28,452 nucleotides of DNA from an uncultured Lachnospiraceae bacterium (lineage in GTDB: Bacteria; Bacillota; Clostridia; Lachnospirales; Lachnospiraceae): assembly GCA_905236585.1 (NCBI GenBank), contig CAJOQZ010000010.1, positions 1 through 28,452 on the forward strand. Direction: 5' to 3'. The position numbers and the translations under genes were made by a program. Position 1 is the stretch's first letter. Each line of letters begins with the position of its first letter. The notes under the pieces are model-generated. The model did not search any database and had not been told where the DNA came from. It worked only from the letters and a program-made list of their open reading frames with translations. Of the stretch, positions 24,217 through 28,452 are shown piece by piece.

Positions 24217-26867
24217 GCAAGCCGCTCCAGTCTGGCGACGACGTCGCCCATCATCTGCTCATATTTTTTCTGCTTTTCTTTTTCTTCTTCAACTTTTGCC
24301 GCCGGCGCCTTGCTTAAAAACTTCTCATTTGAGAGCATCCCTTTCGAACGGGCGAGTTCTTTTTCCAAACGTTCTTTTTCCCTTGTAAGCCGCGCACGCT
24401 CCTTATCCTTGTCTACCAAATCCGCAAGCGGCATATATATGGTAGCGTCGGGGATGACAACCGATACAGCGTCCTTCGCATCATTCGGCTCGTCTTGTCC
24501 TACTTCCACCTCGCTCGCATACGCAAGAGATGCATATACTCCCGCAAGATCTTCGAATGTCCGGCGGACGAACGCATCCTTGGATGTAATGAACAGTTTC
24601 GCCTTCCTTGCGTTCGGCACATCCATGTCCGTGCGGATCTGGCGCACGCCGCGGATCAAATCCTTAACGTGTGCAAGCGCCGCTTCTTCCTGCGGAAACG
24701 CGCGATCCTCTCGATATGCCGGATATTCCGCCAGCATGATCGTCTCTTCTTCCGGCAAAAGCGTCAGGTAAATTTCTTCCGTGATAAACGGCATGAACGG
24801 ATGCAGCAGTTTCAGCGCGTCCGCAAGCACCGTCCGAAGCGTCCAAAGCGCAGCGTTTTTGCTTTTTTCTTTGCCGTCTTCTTTTGCATATATCCGCGGC
24901 TTTACGATCTCAATGTACCAGTCGCAGAACTCATCCCAAATAAAATCATAGATCTTCTGCACCGCAATGCCGAGTTCGTATTTGTCCATGTTCTCGGTGA
25001 CGTCTTTTGCCACGGTATTTAAGGCAGACAGTATCCACTTATCCGGCGTTTCCAAATCCTGCCCGGACGGTTCGTATATTGCCGCGCCGTCCAAGTTCAT
25101 CATGATAAAACGGGATGCGTTCCATACTTTATTGGCAAAATTCCGGCTGTTCTCAACGCGCTCCCAGTAAAAGCGCATATCATTCCCCGGCGCATTACCC
25201 GTAATGATCGTAAGCCGAAGCGCATCCGCTCCGTATTTGTCGATCACCTCGAGGGGGTCGATGCCGTTGCCTAAGGACTTGGACATCTTCCGCCCCTGAT
25301 CGTCACGGATAAGCCCGTGAATCAGGACGGTATGGAACGGCGACTTGCCGGTATGTGCGTAGCCGGAAAACACCATGCGCACTACCCAGAAAAAGATAAT
25401 GTCATATCCCGTAACAAGGACATCCGTCGGATAAAAATAATCATATTCCGGCGTATGCTCGGGCCATCCAAGCGTCGAAAACGGCCACAACGCGGAGGAG
25501 AACCATGTGTCCAGATTGTCCTCATCCTGCGCAAGATGCGTCCCGCCGCACTTCGGGCATACATGGGGCGCCTCACTTTGCTTTGCGACAATGATCTCGC
25601 CGCAGTCGCCGCAGTACCACGCAGGAATCCTGTGTCCCCACCAAAGTTGGCGGGAAATGCACCAATCCCGGATATTTTCAAGCCAATGCAGATACGTCCG
25701 GTTAAAACGTTCGGGGACGAATTTCAGTTCCCCGTTAGCGATCGCCGCAATCGCCGGTTTTGCCAATTCTTCCATTGCAACGAACCACTGCGGCTTTACC
25801 ATCGGCTCCACAGTCGTTCCGCAACGGTCATGCGTTCCGACCGCATGCTCGTGGTCTTCGACTTTTTTAAGCAGCCCCTCGGCTTCGAGATCCGCGACGA
25901 TCCGCTTTCTTGCTTCATAACGATCCAATCCGGCGTATTTGCCGCCGTTCTCATTGATCGTCGCGTCGTCGTTTAAGACGTTAACCACCGGCAGGTCATG
26001 CCGTCTGCCGACCTCGAAGTCGTTCGGGTCGTGCGCCGGTGTGATCTTAACGACACCGGTGCCGAACTCCATATCGACATACATATCCGCCACAACCGGA
26101 ATCTCCTTCCCCACAAGGGGCAGAATGACTTTCCTGCCGATCAGGTCCTTATAGCGGTCGTCATCCGGGTGAACCGCAATCGCCGTGTCTCCAAGCATCG
26201 TTTCGGGACGGGTTGTCGCGATCTCGACGAACCGTCCTTCTTCGCCGACGATCGGATAGAGGATATGCCAGAAATGACCCTTTTGGTCTTCATGCTCTAC
26301 CTCCGCATCCGAGATCGTCGTCCGGCAGACCGGGCACCAGTTGATGATCTTCTCACCTTTATAGATCAGACCTTTTTTATAAAAATCGACAAAAACTTCC
26401 TCCACGGCGTTCGAGCATCCCTCATCCATGGTGAAGCGTTCGCGCTCCCAGTCTGCGGAAACGCCCATCTTTTTTAACTGTTTGATAATGCGCCCGCCGT
26501 ATTCCTTGCGCCACTCCCAGCATTTCTCGAGGAATCCCTCCCTGCCGAGATCCGCCTTGTCGATGCCCTGCGCCTTCAGAGATTCGATCACCTTTACCTC
26601 GGTGGATATCGCGGCGTGATCCGTTCCCGGCTGCCAAAGCGCGTTATATCCCTGCATCCTCTTATAGCGGATCAAAATATCCTGCATGGTATTGTCGAAC
26701 GCATGCCCCATATGCAGCTGCCCCGTAATATTCGGCGGCGGCATCACAATGGTAAACGGCTTCTTCGAAGCGTCTACCTCGGCATGAAAATACCCATTCT
26801 TCTCCCAATTCGCGTACAGACGGTCTTCGATATCCTTGGGGTCGTAGGTTTTTGATAACTCTTTCAT
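24213..26867 (-). CDS. valS: Valyl-tRNA synthetase
   Basis: PPPNITGQLHMGH (HIGH), DWCISRQLWWGH, KMSKS, C-terminal coiled coil. Start at MKELSK (26867). Confidence 0.98.
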   Translation of the reverse strand: MKELSKTYDPKDIEDRLYANWEKNGYFHAEVDASKKPFTIVMPPPNITGQLHMGHAFDNTMQDILIRYKRMQGYNALWQPGTDHAAISTEVKVIESLKAQGIDKADLGREGFLEKCWEWRKEYGGRIIKQLKKMGVSADWERERFTMDEGCSNAVEEVFVDFYKKGLIYKGEKIINWCPVCRTTISDAEVEHEDQKGHFWHILYPIVGEEGRFVEIATTRPETMLGDTAIAVHPDDDRYKDLIGRKVILPLVGKEIPVVADMYVDMEFGTGVVKITPAHDPNDFEVGRRHDLPVVNVLNDDATINENGGKYAGLDRYEARKRIVADLEAEGLLKKVEDHEHAVGTHDRCGTTVEPMVKPQWFVAMEELAKPAIAAIANGELKFVPERFNRTYLHWLENIRDWCISRQLWWGHRIPAWYCGDCGEIIVAKQSEAPHVCPKCGGTHLAQDEDNLDTWFSSALWPFSTLGWPEHTPEYDYFYPTDVLVTGYDIIFFWVVRMVFSGYAHTGKSPFHTVLIHGLIRDDQGRKMSKSLGNGIDPLEVIDKYGADALRLTIITGNAPGNDMRFYWERVENSRNFANKVWNASRFIMMNLDGAAIYEPSGQDLETPDKWILSALNTVAKDVTENMDKYELGIAVQKIYDFIWDEFCDWYIEIVKPRIYAKEDGKEKSKNAALWTLRTVLADALKLLHPFMPFITEEIYLTLLPEEETIMLAEYPAYREDRAFPQEEAALAHVKDLIRGVRQIRTDMDVPNARKAKLFITSKDAFVRRTFEDLAGVYASLAYASEVEVGQDEPNDAKDAVSVVIPDATIYMPLADLVDKDKERARLTREKERLEKELARSKGMLSNEKFLSKAPAAKVEEEKEKQKKYEQMMGDVVARLERLA

Positions 26868-26909
26868 TGCTTTTTCGCCTTCTCCTGTATTTTTATGCAA
26901 ATCGCCGTT

Positions 26910-27044
26910 TTAGTCTTCGCTCTCTTCGTCCTCAACGATAGCCGCTGCCGAACCGGCAACCGATGCCACTACCGTAACCACCGCGACTATGACTACCAGT
27001 AAGATGATGAGTCCGAAAAAAATCAAAAAGCCTGTTTCTGTCAT
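26910..27044 (-). CDS. 44-aa Val-rich single-TM small protein with acidic tail (not in the ORF track)
   Basis: Manual translation MTETGFLIFFGLIILLVVIVAVVTVVASVAGSAAAIVEDEESED*; RBS ACAGGAGG; promoter directly upstream. Confidence 0.8.
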   Translation of the reverse strand: MTETGFLIFFGLIILLVVIVAVVTVVASVAGSAAAIVEDEESED

Positions 27045-27081
27045 GACTGCTTCCTCCTGTTATGAAATGCGTCTAAAGTGT

Positions 27082-27111
27082 AGTATACCACAAAAGCACG
27101 AGCCAGGTAAA
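27082..27111 (-). promoter_or_regulatory. Extended -10 promoter for the small ORF-valS operon
   Basis: TTTACC, 18 bp, TGTGG-TATACT. A second TGTGG-TATAAC lies at 27171-27161, overlapping the perfect inverted repeat ATAACAGTCTC-GCA-GAGACTGTTAT (27141-27165). Confidence 0.6.
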
Positions 27112-27207
27112 CATTTATGTTTATCTGGCGACGCTATGCGATAACAGTCTCGCAGAGACTGTTATACCACAATGGCGGCAAGGAAAACAGTAATTTTCTT
27201 TTTATAT

Positions 27208-27391
27208 CACGCGAATTTGCCGTTCGCCCAAAAATTATCTCTCACGACCGGAATCAACGGTCTTTGAGAGAAAATTCTTCAGATTCACTGGTTTAAGACG
27301 CCTTTCACCAACGACCTGCGGATGCATGTCTCTCAAAGGGAGTTGTCTCTCCCTTGAGAGATATGTATCTGCAGGGAGCGGCAATCTCGTG
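27208..27391 (+). ncRNA. ssrS: Structured RNA, probably 6S RNA (strand not certain)
   Basis: About 184 nt closed by a long terminal stem (CACGCGAATTTGCCGTTCGCC with GGGAGCGGCAATCTCGTG), internal long helices, no ORF. Length and closing-stem sequence recall clostridial 6S RNAs (from memory, not searched). Confidence 0.5.
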
Positions 27392-27420
27392 TAATCTATA
27401 TTTTCACTTCATTTCATTAC

Positions 27421-27449
27421 TTGCATTTATCGCCGCTTTTCGTTATCAT
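27421..27449 (+). promoter_or_regulatory. Sigma-A promoter of the MntR-like gene
   Basis: TTGCAT, 17 bp, TATCAT. Confidence 0.65.
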
Positions 27450-27481
27450 AGTAAAAAATACTTACGGAGGCTTCATTCGTT

Positions 27482-27847
27482 ATGAAAATGCAGGAATCCG
27501 CGCAGGATTATCTCGAGAGCATCTTAATCCTGTCGCAGACAAGAGAATACGTCCGCGCAACCGACATCTGCAATTACTTCGGATACGCACGTGCGACCGT
27601 TTCGGTCTTCTTAAAGCAGTTAAAAGAAAACGGCTATGTGGACGTCGACGGGAAGAACCACGTTTTTCTTACCGACAACGGACGCGAAATCGCCGAAGAT
27701 ATGTACGAACGCCATCTGACCCTGACGGAATTTTTTAAGCGCATCGGCGTTCCGGACGATATCGCCGCGAAGGACGCCTGCCGCGTCGAGCATTATGTCA
27801 GCAAGCATACATTCGAAGCATTAAAAAAACACGCCGCGGAATTATAA
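27482..27847 (+). CDS. DtxR/MntR-family metal-dependent regulator (short form, no FeoA domain)
   Basis: ESAQDYLE, TVS..LK.L...GYV, YERH, DACRVEH motifs. Confidence 0.9.
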   Translation: MKMQESAQDYLESILILSQTREYVRATDICNYFGYARATVSVFLKQLKENGYVDVDGKNHVFLTDNGREIAEDMYERHLTLTEFFKRIGVPDDIAAKDACRVEHYVSKHTFEALKKHAAEL

Positions 27848-27868
27848 AATCTGCGGCGTATTGTTTCT
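27831..27868 (+). terminator. Hairpin spanning the MntR-like stop codon; possible terminator
   Basis: ACGCCGCGGA/TCTGCGGCGT stem followed by ATTGTTTCT. Confidence 0.4.
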
Positions 27869-27877
27869 ATTCAACCA

Positions 27878-27969
27878 CGGAAATCAACTTTTATGTTGAG
27901 AACAAACAATCTTAAGTGTGAGGTTAAGGCATTCTTGCCGTCGAACACTTAAGATTTGTTTGTTCCCAA
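27878..27969. repeat. Interspersed palindromic repeat, copy 4 of 4
   Basis: CGGAAATCAACTTTT...GAGAACAAACAATCTTAAGTGTGAGGTTAAGGCATTCTTGCCGTCGAACACTTAAGATTTGTTTGTTCCCAA. Confidence 0.9.
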
Positions 27970-27984
27970 ACCGTTATTTTTATC

Positions 27985-28452
27985 TTATACCAACTCTGCC
28001 CGAATCAGGTTCGTTGTGCCGGAGATCCCAAGCGGCGCGCCCGCCGTTACCACAACGATATCTCCTTCTTCCAGAAGCCCCTCTTCCTTGCTCCGCTCAA
28101 TCGCGTGTAAGATCAACTCCTCCGCATCCGTTTTTTCTTCCACCCGAATCGGGATGACGCCCCACGTTAAATTCATCTGCCGCATGACCTTATCCGTCAT
28201 GACCCCGCCGATGATCGGCGCCTGCGGGCGGAACCGGGAAACGGAATGCGCGGTCTTGCCGGATTTTGTCAACGTAATGATCGCGGTAGCATCCAAGTCC
28301 CCCGCCATCGTACAGGTATTGTGCGTGATCGCGTCGGTGATCTTCGGATTGTGCAGGGAACCGCGTCGGCGCAGCCGCTCCAGATAATTGATGTCCTGCT
28401 CCGTCTTGACAGCGATCTTCGCCATCGTCTCCACCGCCTCCACGGGGTAGGC
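27985..28452 (-). CDS. pyk: Pyruvate kinase, C-terminal part (gene starts beyond the right edge)
   Basis: AVETMAKIA, TKSGKTA..VSRFRP, WGVIP, GDIVVVTAGAPLGISGTTN. Confidence 0.93.
   Translation of the reverse strand, partial: AYPVEAVETMAKIAVKTEQDINYLERLRRRGSLHNPKITDAITHNTCTMAGDLDATAIITLTKSGKTAHSVSRFRPQAPIIGGVMTDKVMRQMNLTWGVIPIRVEEKTDAEELILHAIERSKEEGLLEEGDIVVVTAGAPLGISGTTNLIRAELV

Noticed and set aside
26868-27400. T-box riboswitch for valS
   Set aside because: No GGTGGNACCGCG antiterminator with a terminator; the nearest GGTGGTTACGG lies inside the small ORF and does not fit.
2829-27969. Repeat family as a CRISPR array or as tRNA fragments (it contains GTTCGA)
   Set aside because: Copies are kilobases apart in mixed orientation with no spacers or cas genes, and there is no cloverleaf around GTTCGA.
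24-28387. Many opposite-strand or alternate-frame ORFs in the track (e.g. 3763-4455, 5035-5691, 6869-7495, 17207-17884, 22125-22796, 25317-25976)
   Set aside because: They shadow well-supported genes, show no recognisable motifs, and are expected at this GC content.

Overview
Mostly core-genome window from a Clostridia-type (probably Lachnospiraceae-like; inferred from gene content and style) chromosome. Left to right: tsaE-tsaB-rimI operon end, a YcxB-like protein, an FMN-riboswitch-controlled ECF S component (RibU-like), an L,D-transpeptidase, Tex, a SprA-like HExxH/CxxC protein, DUF2752, a tandem pair of histidine-kinase-like genes that both lack the phospho-accepting His, a solo IS3-OrfA-like HTH gene, an ArsR-HMA-P1B ATPase-(membrane/spermidine-synthase-like) operon, nrdD-nrdG with NrdR boxes, an OmpR-type two-component pair, an orphan LysR, a valS-cdd-small protein-TPR operon preceded by a Val-rich 44-aa ORF missed by the ORF track, a 6S-like structured RNA, an MntR/DtxR regulator and the 3' end of pyk. 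Most notable: the His-less pseudokinase pair; four intergenic copies of a ~70-90 bp palindromic repeat with an invariant 24-bp core and co-varying stem; the Val-rich ORF ahead of a T-box-less valS; a ~70-nt promoter-to-terminator unit opposite LysR; and the 6S-like RNA with interchangeable arms. No CRISPR array, tRNA, rRNA or intact mobile element is visible. All family assignments come from motif recognition, not database searches.
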